A stretch of 38,273 nt of DNA from Anaerolineae bacterium (GTDB lineage: Bacteria; Chloroflexota; Anaerolineae; B4-G1; DUEL01), in assembly GCA_041082215.1 (NCBI GenBank), contig JBDOIF010000152.1, positions 65,235 to 103,507 on the forward strand. The letters are read 5' to 3'. The notes below the pieces were generated by a model, which was given only the letters and a program-made list of their open reading frames with translations, did no database searches and was not told where the DNA came from. Positions 16,053 through 24,782 of this stretch are shown here, one piece after another (within the stretch, counting starts at the first letter, position 1; each line of letters opens with the position of its first letter). The position numbers were made by a program, and so were the translations under genes.

Positions 16053-17528
16053 ATGGACAACCAGGATTTGAGCCCTTTGCTGGAACAGGCCACCGATGAG
16101 CACCCTCCTCTCCGGACCTATGCCTCGCTGCTCCTGTTCATTCTCCCCTTTCTGGGGGTACTTGCGCTGATCCATCCCTTCCTGCCCCTCTCCTTACAGC
16201 CGTTCACCCGATGGCTGGGCCTCTCTTTGGGCGGGCTTGTGCTGACAGGGCTCCTTGCCCTTCTGCTCCTTCAAATCTGGCTGAAGAGCCGCCCGGCCGG
16301 AACGGCGACCATCGGCCTCCTGGCCCTGGGATGGCTGGCCTGGGCACTTCTGACCCCCAAATCCGCCTATTCGGCGCTCCGTGGGCCTGTTGCCAGCATC
16401 CTCGCTTACATCACAGCTTTTCTCCCCCCCCTGATCATCGCCGCAGGGGCCTTCCTGGGCGGGCTGTACTTCGTTTCCGGCTATCTGCTGCCGGTGCTGG
16501 AAAAGGGCGGCCAGCGCAAAAACGCATTCAAGCTCCTCTTGGGTTATCTCGTGCGAATGAACCGCCCCTGCTGGGTCGTGACGGATGAGCCGCGGGAGGA
16601 GGACAAAATCGTCCAGCGGGTCAAGGGCGACCCTTTCACCCCCCTGCACGTCCCCGGCGTCATCATCACCGACTGCGACCACGCTGTCGCCGTCTCCGAA
16701 GGGGTGAAGTTCAAAGGTGTGAAGGGGCCCGGCGTCGTCTTTACCGACTTCGGCGATCAGCCCCTCCGATCGCTGGACCTGCGCCCTCAATTGCGGACCT
16801 CCACCGCATTCGGGCGGACACAGGATGGGATTGAGGTCAAGGTGCTCTTCTTCGTCCCCTTCCAGATCAACCCAGGAGGACAGAAACCCCAACTGGGCGC
16901 GCCGTTCCCCTTCCAGAAACGGGCGGCGGCGGACGCCGTCCGCGCGCAGAAGGTGGAACACCCCAGCAAGGGAGGGGAGGCGATCAGCCAGCGGTCCTGG
17001 GACGAGTTGCCGGTTCTCATCGGCACGCGGGTGATGCAGGACATCCTCTCCCGTTACCGCTTCGACGAACTCTACGAGCCGTTCGACGCGGGGGGAGAAC
17101 CACCGCGCGTGCGCATCGCCAAAGAGTTCCTGGAGGAGCTCGACAAGGAATTACGACCGCTGGGAATTCAGCGCGTCGGCGGAGGGATCAGCAACCTTCT
17201 CCCGGCCGACGAGGCGGTGCTGAAACAGCGGGTACGGAGCTGGCAGGCCGACTGGGTGCGCCGGGTGGCGCTCGAAAAGGCTAAGAGTCAGGCGGAATGG
17301 CTGCGGCGCATCGAGCAGGCGCGGGCAGAGGCCTGGGCTGACCTGATTATGACGCTGGGTGAACGACTGGCGGACCTGGACCGACAGGGTGTCAGCGTTG
17401 TGCCGGAGCGGGTGGTCTCCCAGTTTCTGGAAATCCTTGAGGAGCTTGCAATGCGGCCATCGCTGAGGCGATACCTCCCGCGGGACGCCGCCCAGGAAGT
17501 CCATCGGATGCGAGAGGGCCTGGACTAG
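16053..17528 (+). CDS. Multi-pass membrane protein with SPFH/band-7-like domain
   Basis: About 4 N-terminal hydrophobic helices, then GPG, DLRPQLR, RTQDGIEVKV...FQI, LGIQRV and an Ala/Glu-rich coiled-coil (WQADW...EQARAEA). ATG at 16053 with GGAG SD. Confidence 0.78.
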   Translation: MDNQDLSPLLEQATDEHPPLRTYASLLLFILPFLGVLALIHPFLPLSLQPFTRWLGLSLGGLVLTGLLALLLLQIWLKSRPAGTATIGLLALGWLAWALLTPKSAYSALRGPVASILAYITAFLPPLIIAAGAFLGGLYFVSGYLLPVLEKGGQRKNAFKLLLGYLVRMNRPCWVVTDEPREEDKIVQRVKGDPFTPLHVPGVIITDCDHAVAVSEGVKFKGVKGPGVVFTDFGDQPLRSLDLRPQLRTSTAFGRTQDGIEVKVLFFVPFQINPGGQKPQLGAPFPFQKRAAADAVRAQKVEHPSKGGEAISQRSWDELPVLIGTRVMQDILSRYRFDELYEPFDAGGEPPRVRIAKEFLEELDKELRPLGIQRVGGGISNLLPADEAVLKQRVRSWQADWVRRVALEKAKSQAEWLRRIEQARAEAWADLIMTLGERLADLDRQGVSVVPERVVSQFLEILEELAMRPSLRRYLPRDAAQEVHRMREGLD

Positions 17529-17546
17529 CGACGAGGAGCTCCAACC

Positions 17547-19397
17547 ATGCCGATCAAGTATATCTGGCAACACCTCAAACGCCTGCTCCCGCTCCTCGGC
17601 TCCTGCCTGGTGGCCGTCACGGTGCTGGGCCTGGCGCTCGCCAGAGGGCTGGAAGGAGGCCCCGCTGTCAATCGGCTGCGGGTCGAGTGCATAGGAGACT
17701 CCCTCCGGTTCTACGTCAACGACCGTCTGGTGAGCGAAGGGTCGGACCCCACATTTGCTGAAGGGGATGTCGCGCTGGTCGTCCTGGCCCCGGCTACCGG
17801 CGTGGACTCGGCAGCCTATTTCGATGAGCTGACCATCGCCCAGCCCGACGGCAAGATTCTCTTCGAGGATAACTTCAGGAACCCGGCTTCCGGCTGGTCC
17901 ACCTACGCCACGGCCGATGGGACGGCGGCTTATGCCAGGGGGAGGTTCCGCCTGGTCGGCCACGGAACCGGTGTGGCCCTGTTCAGCCAGTCCGGACGGC
18001 GCTTTCAGGATGCGACCATCACCGTGACGGTCCGCTCCGCCGGTGGGAGCCGGGCTGCCTGGGTGGGGGTGGCCTGCCGGTACGCCGATCGCGGCAACAC
18101 CTATCTTTTCCTCGTCAACCGGCACGGCGAGTACAGGGTGGCCCGTCTGCTGAACGGGGAGTCGGTGCTGCTGGGAGGACCCGCCCGGTCTGATGCGATC
18201 CACACCGGCCCGACGGACAGCCCGCTGGTCCATGTCGCGCTGGCAGCCCTGGCCGTGGCCCCCGTCCTCCTGGCGCTGGTCGCCGTCCCCTACACTGCCG
18301 CCCGCTTCCTGCGCGATCTCTACAACATCCACTCACTGGAAGAGGCGTACACCTTCCTGAGCCGGCTCCTCTTCGGATCACTGGCATTTGCCCCCTTTCT
18401 TTTAATCAAGGAGGGGAAAATCGCTGGCGGCAACGGAAGCGTCCTCCATCGGGTCGGTGGGCCGGGCTATCTGGTCATCTATAACGATACCGCTGTCATC
18501 ACCGAGCGGGGCGGCCGTCTGCAACGGCTGTTGGGGACCGGTTTCCCCCTCCTGGAGCGGTTCGAAAAGGTCTGGGAGGTCATAGACCTGCGGCCCCAGC
18601 GATGGGTGTATGAAGTAAGTGCCATGACCCGCGACGGCATCCCGGTGGTCTGTGAGGCGGACGTCAGTTTCCAGATAGATAATCGGGTCCCGGACGGATC
18701 AGGGGGCCTCCAGGCCAAACAGCCCACCGATAAGGAACCCTACCCCTATGCCCCCGATGCGGTCTTCCGTGCTGCCACCAGCCGCTGGATCCGGGACCCC
18801 GATTGGAAAGGGCCGCCGATGGACTGGGCCGGGCGGGTGGTGGTCGGCTTCACCGAAGGCATCCTGCGCAACATTCTGGCAGAGTATCGGCTGGACTGGC
18901 TGATCGCCCCTGCTGGGTCGGACGGCCGGATCCCCCGTGAGGTGATCCGTGAGCGGCTGGAACAACAGCTACGGGAGGCAGCTCAAAAGGTTGGGGCCCG
19001 GATCCTCCGTGTGCACCTGGGGGAGATCCGGGTAAAGGACGAGGGGATCTCCCATCAATGGCTCGAGGCCTGGCAGGCGGAGTGGGAGAGCCGCGCCCTC
19101 GCTACCCGGGTGGAAGGGGAGGCGGAACTCCTGCGAATGGACTCCGCCCGCATACAGGCCCAGGCGGAGATGGTCATCACCCTGATCCAGGCCCTTCAAT
19201 CCGTCGTCGCCAGCGAGGCGGAGCTCAAGCCCTACCTGCTGGCGACGCGCTTCGTCGAGGCGCTGCGCTGGATGTCCTACGACCCCACCGCCCGGGCCTT
19301 CATGCCCCCTGAGGCCCTCCAGACCCTCAGGCGGCTCCAGGAAGCGATGGGCACGGAGGGGTCGCCCTCAGGTCCACAGCCTGGAGAAGAAAGATGA
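17547..19397 (+). CDS. Membrane protein with beta-sandwich (DUF1080/ConA-like) ectodomain and SPFH/band-7-like domain
   Basis: TM, beta-rich loop, TM, then GGPG, IDLRPQ, MTRDGIPVVCEADVSFQID, GARILRVHL and WQAEW...EGEAE...ARIQAQAEM. GAGGAG SD. Confidence 0.8.
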   Translation: MPIKYIWQHLKRLLPLLGSCLVAVTVLGLALARGLEGGPAVNRLRVECIGDSLRFYVNDRLVSEGSDPTFAEGDVALVVLAPATGVDSAAYFDELTIAQPDGKILFEDNFRNPASGWSTYATADGTAAYARGRFRLVGHGTGVALFSQSGRRFQDATITVTVRSAGGSRAAWVGVACRYADRGNTYLFLVNRHGEYRVARLLNGESVLLGGPARSDAIHTGPTDSPLVHVALAALAVAPVLLALVAVPYTAARFLRDLYNIHSLEEAYTFLSRLLFGSLAFAPFLLIKEGKIAGGNGSVLHRVGGPGYLVIYNDTAVITERGGRLQRLLGTGFPLLERFEKVWEVIDLRPQRWVYEVSAMTRDGIPVVCEADVSFQIDNRVPDGSGGLQAKQPTDKEPYPYAPDAVFRAATSRWIRDPDWKGPPMDWAGRVVVGFTEGILRNILAEYRLDWLIAPAGSDGRIPREVIRERLEQQLREAAQKVGARILRVHLGEIRVKDEGISHQWLEAWQAEWESRALATRVEGEAELLRMDSARIQAQAEMVITLIQALQSVVASEAELKPYLLATRFVEALRWMSYDPTARAFMPPEALQTLRRLQEAMGTEGSPSGPQPGEER

Positions 19398-20374
19398 TCT
19401 TCCTTACGGCCGATCTCAACCCGTCCGCCCTTTTTTATCACCGGGAGCCGTCGGATTTTGCCCGTCGGCTGCTGGAGAGGGCGGAGCAGCGTCGGAGGGC
19501 GGGCGAGCTGAGGGAAGCCGAGCTGTATGCCCACCAGGCCCGGCAGCACAGCCAGGAGGCCCGGGCTTACATAGACCATGCCGCATCCCTGATCCTTCTG
19601 AGCGACATCTACCGTGAAATGGGAAAGCCGGGCCCCGCTCTTCGAAGCGCCCGTGAGGCCTACGAGGTCCTTCAACGGCAGCCCGGCCTCGACCAGCGGC
19701 ACAATGAGGCGGTCGCTGCCTACAATCTGGGGCTGATCCATCACCTCCTGGGTAACGACGTGGAGGCGCTGAACTGGTACCAGAACGCACGCCAGATGCT
19801 GGACCTGGCCCGGGAACACTGGGCTGCCCAGAAGGAATTATCCCTCATGAACGCCTGTCAGCGGCTGAGCCGCTGGGTTGCCGAGCTGAGCAAGAGCCTG
19901 AGCCACGAGGAGGGACGAGGGGGGCTCCACTTCTCCCTGATCCTCCCTGCTCGACTGATGGGGAGCAAAGATGGACAGCTTTCGGTGGCGAAGCTGAAAC
20001 TGGATGGTCTCCTCCCCGAGCCTAACCTGAGGATCGGCGACCGCACCTTTGAGCTCCATCCCTTCCCCGGTAAACCGGCCGTGGTCCACCCGGGAGAGTC
20101 CTATTTGATCTTCGAGATCCCCGAACAGATCGGCTCCCGATTCGGCGCCCGCAGGGGGGACTGTATCCTGGCGCGGCGGGTGAGCGATTGGGGCACGGGA
20201 GGGGGGTATTATCTGCTCAACGGGGCTGCCGGGCTGGACGTGGGCCAGTTCCTCCGCGACGAGACGGGCAAGGTCTCCTTTCGGAGTCTGATCACCGGGC
20301 GGATCATTGGGGGGATAGAGGGAGGCGATTTTTCTGTGTACGATCCCCTCGCCCTTCTCAGACCTATTGGTTAG
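19394..20374 (+). CDS. TPR-repeat protein with C-terminal beta domain (possibly degenerate S24/LexA-like)
   Basis: TPR helices AASLILLSDIYREMGKPGPAL and AVAAYNLGLIHHLLGNDVEALNWYQNA. ATG overlaps the upstream stop (ATGA). Confidence 0.8.
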   Translation: MIFLTADLNPSALFYHREPSDFARRLLERAEQRRRAGELREAELYAHQARQHSQEARAYIDHAASLILLSDIYREMGKPGPALRSAREAYEVLQRQPGLDQRHNEAVAAYNLGLIHHLLGNDVEALNWYQNARQMLDLAREHWAAQKELSLMNACQRLSRWVAELSKSLSHEEGRGGLHFSLILPARLMGSKDGQLSVAKLKLDGLLPEPNLRIGDRTFELHPFPGKPAVVHPGESYLIFEIPEQIGSRFGARRGDCILARRVSDWGTGGGYYLLNGAAGLDVGQFLRDETGKVSFRSLITGRIIGGIEGGDFSVYDPLALLRPIG

Positions 20375-20384
20375 GGGGACGACG

Positions 20385-21299
20385 ATGGATGTGCTGGTCA
20401 TCGGCGCGGCCGGGCTGGATGTGAAGGGGCAGGTGACGGGGCCCCTTCAGATGGGAACCTCGAATCCGGGCATCATCCGCCGCAGCCCTGGCGGGGTGGC
20501 CCGTAACATCGCCGAGAACCTGGCCCGGCTGGGGGTCGAGGTGGCCTTCATCTCCGCCGTTGGCGAGGGGTGGGCGGGCCGGTACATCCTGGAAAAAACC
20601 CGTCAGGCGGGTGTGAACGTCGAACACGTCCTGATCGGGCCCGACCTGCGCACCGGCACGTACCTGGCCCTCCTGGATCAGGAGCGGCAACTGATCGTGG
20701 GGCTGGACGATATGGCCAGTATCGAGAGGATCACACCCCGCTACCTGAACGACCGACGTCGCCTTTTCCGGGATGCACGGATGGTGGTGGTGGACGCCAA
20801 CCTCACCCCCGCTGCCCTCAGGACCGCCTTCCGTCTGGCAGAGTTGTACGGCCGCCCCGTCTGCGCCGATCCCACTTCGGCGCCGCTGGCCGTCCGCCTT
20901 CGCCCCTTTCTCCATCAGCTCCGCCTGGCGACCCCCAATCTGGAGGAGGCCGGGGCCCTCCTGGGGGAGATGGGGGCCGGGAGCCGTCCGATCCGTATGG
21001 CCCGTAAGCTGGTGGCAAGGGGGGTCGAGCTGGCAGTCATCACCCTGGCAGAACGGGGGCTTTGCTACGCCACCGCCGAGGAGAGCGGCCACCTGCCGGC
21101 CATCGCCGTCCCCATTGTGGACCGGACCGGCGTGGGGGATGCGCTGACCGCCGCCGTTATCTTCGGCCTGCTGGAGGAGCTGCCCCCCAGCGAGGCAGTC
21201 CGCCTGGGCCTCTCCGCCGCTGCCCTCACCCTTCAATGCCGGGAGACGGTCTGTCCCGACCTGAGCCTGGAAAACCTGTACGGGCAGCTCGTTGTCTAG
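20385..21299 (+). CDS. PfkB-family carbohydrate/nucleoside kinase (pseudouridine kinase-like)
   Basis: PGGVARNIAENLARLG, VVDANL, TPNLEEA and C-terminal signature DRTGVGDA. Confidence 0.88.
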   Translation: MDVLVIGAAGLDVKGQVTGPLQMGTSNPGIIRRSPGGVARNIAENLARLGVEVAFISAVGEGWAGRYILEKTRQAGVNVEHVLIGPDLRTGTYLALLDQERQLIVGLDDMASIERITPRYLNDRRRLFRDARMVVVDANLTPAALRTAFRLAELYGRPVCADPTSAPLAVRLRPFLHQLRLATPNLEEAGALLGEMGAGSRPIRMARKLVARGVELAVITLAERGLCYATAEESGHLPAIAVPIVDRTGVGDALTAAVIFGLLEELPPSEAVRLGLSAAALTLQCRETVCPDLSLENLYGQLVV

Positions 21300-21303
21300 C
21301 TGC

Positions 21304-21843
21304 CTACCCCACGGGGATGTACCCGTGTCCCTCCAGGTAGGCGATCACCTTTGCCGCACTCTCCTCAACCGTTTCCTCTGCTGTATGGCAAACGATTTCG
21401 GGATTCTCCGGCGGCTCGTAGGGGTCGGAGACCCCGGTGAAGTTTTCGATCTCCCCGGCAAAGGCTTTAGCATACAGCCCCTTCACATCCCGCTGGGCGC
21501 AGACCTCCACCGGACACTCAACGTAAACTTCGATGAACTCCCCAATCTCCTCGCGGCTCTTGGCCCGCCGCGCCCGATAGGGGGAGATGAACGAACAGAG
21601 GACCGCCACGCCGTTACGGGTGAGTAGCTTGGCCACAAAGGTCACCCGTTCGATGTTCTTATCCCGGTCCTCCTTGCTGAAGCCGAGGTCCCGCGTCAGA
21701 CCCTGCCGGACGATATCCCCGTCCAGTCGCTCGACCTTCAGGCCCCGGCGGCGCAGTTCCTTCTCGACCTCCCGGGCGATGGTCGTCTTGCCCGACCCCG
21801 AGAGGCCGGTGAACCAGAGGGTGAAGCCACGTTGGTCGCACAA
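21304..21843 (-). CDS. cysC: Adenylyl-sulfate (APS) kinase
   Basis: WFTGLSGSGKTT, LDGD, LGFSKEDRDKNI, FISPY, RDVKGLY and FTGVSDPYEPP. TTG start with AGGAG SD. Confidence 0.95.
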   Translation of the reverse strand: MCDQRGFTLWFTGLSGSGKTTIAREVEKELRRRGLKVERLDGDIVRQGLTRDLGFSKEDRDKNIERVTFVAKLLTRNGVAVLCSFISPYRARRAKSREEIGEFIEVYVECPVEVCAQRDVKGLYAKAFAGEIENFTGVSDPYEPPENPEIVCHTAEETVEESAAKVIAYLEGHGYIPVG

Positions 21844-21874
21844 GCTTCCAGCTCCTGTTTAAGATTTCGGTTGT

Positions 21875-22103
21875 TGTAGGACAAGCTTATGAGTTTTCAC
21901 AAATTAATCCGGCCATAATCCTGCGCGGCTCTTGTGGAAACAACGGGGCGCAGGCCGCCAGGCCTGCAGGGACAGGCTAACAGCCTGCGCTACGCCCGAC
22001 TATCTTTGTGGGCATAGTGCTCCCCGACCACGCAAATTCCCGGAGAACCTCCTGCACCATTGCGCACGGATTAATTTTTCAAGGTTCATCAGCTTGTCCT
22101 ACA
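21875..22103. mobile_element. MITE-like non-coding element, 229 bp, with about 37-bp imperfect terminal inverted repeats
   Basis: Left end tgtaggacaagct-tatgagttttcacaaattaatccg. Right end, reverse-complemented, tgtaggacaagct-gatgaaccttgaaaaattaatccg. Internal REP-like hairpins. Confidence 0.7.
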
Positions 22104-22719
22104 GATTCAGCACAGCGCGGATCTCTTCTTCCGCAATTGCTCCCTGTCGCAGGACCGCCGGCGGCCAGACGGTGCAATCCAGCACGGTAGAAGGGACACC
22201 GCCGCCGCAGGGTCCGCCGTCTATCACCAGCTCGATCCGCCCCCCCAACTGCTCCAGAACCTCCTGGGCGGTGAGGGCGGCTGGCTCCCCGGACCGGTTG
22301 GCGCTGGTGACGGCCAGGAACCCGCCCGCTGCCCGGATCAGATCGCGGGCCAGAGGCAGGTCCGGCATCCGCACCCCTACGGTGGGGCCCGGGCAGATGA
22401 TATCGAGCACGATCTCGGTCTTGGGCAGGACCAGGGTGAGGGCGCCGGGCCAGAAGCGGCGCACAAGCGGCTGTATCGCTGGCGGCAGGACCGCCACTTC
22501 GGCCAGCCCTTCAAAGTCGGAAAGGAGAAGGGCGATGGGACGGCCAGAGCTGCGCCCTTTCACCTCGTAGATCCGGGCCACCGCAGCCCGGTCCAGAGGG
22601 TGCGCTGCCAGCCCATAGACGGTGTCGGTGGGGAAGGCGATCAGCCCGCCAGCCTTCAGTACCGCTACGGCCCGTTCCAGCGCTTCCGCAGTGCCCGCCC
22701 CGATGATTTCGGTTTTCAT
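22099..22719 (-). CDS. tsaC: L-threonylcarbamoyladenylate synthase (YrdC/Sua5 N-domain only)
   Basis: AFPTDTVYGL, IYEVKGR, FWPGALT, VGVRMP, TSANRSG and PSTVLD. Confidence 0.94.
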   Translation of the reverse strand: MKTEIIGAGTAEALERAVAVLKAGGLIAFPTDTVYGLAAHPLDRAAVARIYEVKGRSSGRPIALLLSDFEGLAEVAVLPPAIQPLVRRFWPGALTLVLPKTEIVLDIICPGPTVGVRMPDLPLARDLIRAAGGFLAVTSANRSGEPAALTAQEVLEQLGGRIELVIDGGPCGGGVPSTVLDCTVWPPAVLRQGAIAEEEIRAVLNL

Positions 22720-22720
22720 C

Positions 22721-23569
22721 TCAACTCCTGTGGGTTATGGAGCTCCAGTGAAGCTCGAGCACCCGATCCCGCCCTGCCAGGTCGGGATGGATCGAGATGC
22801 GGGCCTGGGGCCAGAGGGAGCTGGCCAGGGCTGACACAGCCCTTCCCTGTGTTGCCCCGATCTCCACCAGGAGCGTTCCGTCTGGTTTCAGGAGCCGTGG
22901 GCCGTCCTGCAGGATGCGCCGGATCACCGTCAGCCCATCCGGCCCGCCGTCCAGCGCCAGCCGGGGCTCATGCCGACGCACCGATTCGGGGAGGGAGGCC
23001 CACTCGGTCGCCGCCACATAGGGGGGGTTGGAGACCACCAGATCGGCCGGGCCGGCCAGGGAGGTGGCCAGGTCGGTCTGGATCAGGTGGATGCGATCCG
23101 CCACCCCATGGCGGCGGGCGTTAGCCCGGGCCACCCGCAGCGCCCGGCCGGAGAGGTCGGTGGCGTAAATGCGGGCCTCGGGCAGATGGACCGCCAGGGT
23201 CACCGCCACACAGCCGCTGCCGGTCCCCACATCCACCACCACACGGGGTCGCCGGGCCAGCGCCAGCTCCACCAGCGTCTCTGTCTCCGGTCGGGGGATG
23301 AGCACGTCGGGGGTGACGGCAAACTCCAGGCCGTAGAACTCAACCCGGCCGGTGAGGTAGGGGAGGGGAAAGCCCGCGGCGCGGCGGCGAAGGAGCGATC
23401 GGTAAAGCCGGAGCCGGTCGGCGGAAGGGGACTGCTCCGGATGGGCCAGGAGAGTGGTGCGGGAAAGCCCCGTCACGTGGGCCAGCAGCACCTCCGCCTC
23501 CAGCCGTGGGGTGTCGGTGATCCCCCGCAGGAGGGCACATCCTTCCGTCAGAGCGGCGCCTACGTTCAT
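22721..23569 (-). CDS. prmC: Peptide chain release factor N5-glutamine methyltransferase
   Basis: VLIPRPETE, DVGTGSGC, VSNPPY and EPRLALDGG; directly follows prfA. Confidence 0.95.
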   Translation of the reverse strand: MNVGAALTEGCALLRGITDTPRLEAEVLLAHVTGLSRTTLLAHPEQSPSADRLRLYRSLLRRRAAGFPLPYLTGRVEFYGLEFAVTPDVLIPRPETETLVELALARRPRVVVDVGTGSGCVAVTLAVHLPEARIYATDLSGRALRVARANARRHGVADRIHLIQTDLATSLAGPADLVVSNPPYVAATEWASLPESVRRHEPRLALDGGPDGLTVIRRILQDGPRLLKPDGTLLVEIGATQGRAVSALASSLWPQARISIHPDLAGRDRVLELHWSSITHRS

Positions 23570-24657
23570 CTTTCCGTAGCCTGTTCCTCCCCCTCCGCCG
23601 CTGCCTCCAGTTGCTGGGCCTGGCTTTGGATAATCAGCTCCTCAATGAATGGGTCAAGGTCCCCATCCAGTATATCGGGCAGACGATACAGGGTGAGTCC
23701 AATTCGATGGTCGGTGACGCGGTTTTGGGGGAAGTTGTACGTGCGGATTTTCTCGCTCCGCTCGCCCGTGCCCACCTGCGCCCGGCGGGCCTCGGCCAGG
23801 TCCGCCTCCTGCTTCTGACGCTCCTGTTCGTAGAGTCGGGCGCGCAGGACAGCCAGCGCCCGCGTCTTGTTCTGGACCTGCGAGCGTTCCGACTCGCAGG
23901 CGACGACCATGCCGGTGGGTTTGTGGGTGATGCGGACAGCAGTGGCGTTTTTCTGCATATGCTGACCGCCAGGGCCGGAGGAGCCGTACACTTCGATCTC
24001 CAGGTCCTTGGGGTCAATGTGGACCTCCACTTCTTCCACCTCTGGCAGGACGGCTACCGTGGCGGTGGAGGTATGGATGCGGCCGGAGGACTCGGTGACG
24101 GGCACGCGCTGGACCCGATGGACGCCGCTTTCGAACTTGAGGCGGGAGAAGGCGCCGCGCCCTTTTACCTCGAAGACCACCTCTTTGAAGCCCCCGATGC
24201 CGGTCGGATGGGCGCTGAGCAAAGTCGTCTGCCACCCCTGCCGTTCGGCGTAGCGGGTGTACATCCGGAACAGGTCGGCAGCGAACAGCCCCGCTTCCTC
24301 CCCTCCGGCGCCGGCCCGGATCTCGACGATCACGTCCCGCTCATCCCGGGGGTCCCTGGGCAGCAGAAGGCGACGGAGCTTCCGCTCCAGCTCATCTAAA
24401 TGGGCCTGGAGTCTGGCGATCTCCGCCCTGGCCAGCTCCTGGATCTCCGGGTCTTCTTCTTCCAGAAGGGTAAAGGTCCCTTCCAGTTCTCGCCGGGCAG
24501 CCTGGTGCTCCCGGTAAAGCGTGACCAGCTCCTCCAGCTCCCGGTGCTCGCGGGCCAGCTCTGCGAGCCTCTCATGGTCGGATGCCACGGCCGGATCGGC
24601 CATGATCTGGCTCAGTCGCTCATACCGTTCCTCTATTCCCTCCAGCTTCTCCCACAT
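23566..24657 (-). CDS. prfA: Peptide chain release factor 1
   Basis: EIRAGAGGEEA, ESGVHRVQRVPVTE (PxT motif), GGQ and SEKIRTYNFPQNRVTDHRI. Likely ATG at 24657 with GAGG SD. Confidence 0.96.
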   Translation of the reverse strand: MWEKLEGIEERYERLSQIMADPAVASDHERLAELAREHRELEELVTLYREHQAARRELEGTFTLLEEEDPEIQELARAEIARLQAHLDELERKLRRLLLPRDPRDERDVIVEIRAGAGGEEAGLFAADLFRMYTRYAERQGWQTTLLSAHPTGIGGFKEVVFEVKGRGAFSRLKFESGVHRVQRVPVTESSGRIHTSTATVAVLPEVEEVEVHIDPKDLEIEVYGSSGPGGQHMQKNATAVRITHKPTGMVVACESERSQVQNKTRALAVLRARLYEQERQKQEADLAEARRAQVGTGERSEKIRTYNFPQNRVTDHRIGLTLYRLPDILDGDLDPFIEELIIQSQAQQLEAAAEGEEQATER

Positions 24658-24708
24658 CCCATACCTCACAGAAAGAGGCGGCCTGGGCTGGCCGCCCTGT
24701 GCAGGGTT

Positions 24709-24736
24709 ATTATAACAGAGGGAAGCGCGACGTCAA
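24709..24736 (-). promoter_or_regulatory. Promoter of prfA-prmC-tsaC
   Basis: Minus strand reads TTGACG-16 nt-TATAAT with extended -10 TG. Confidence 0.7.
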
Positions 24737-24782
24737 GGGAGCGGCTGGATGGGATTTCGAAGCAAGTACGTTACCTGCTGTC

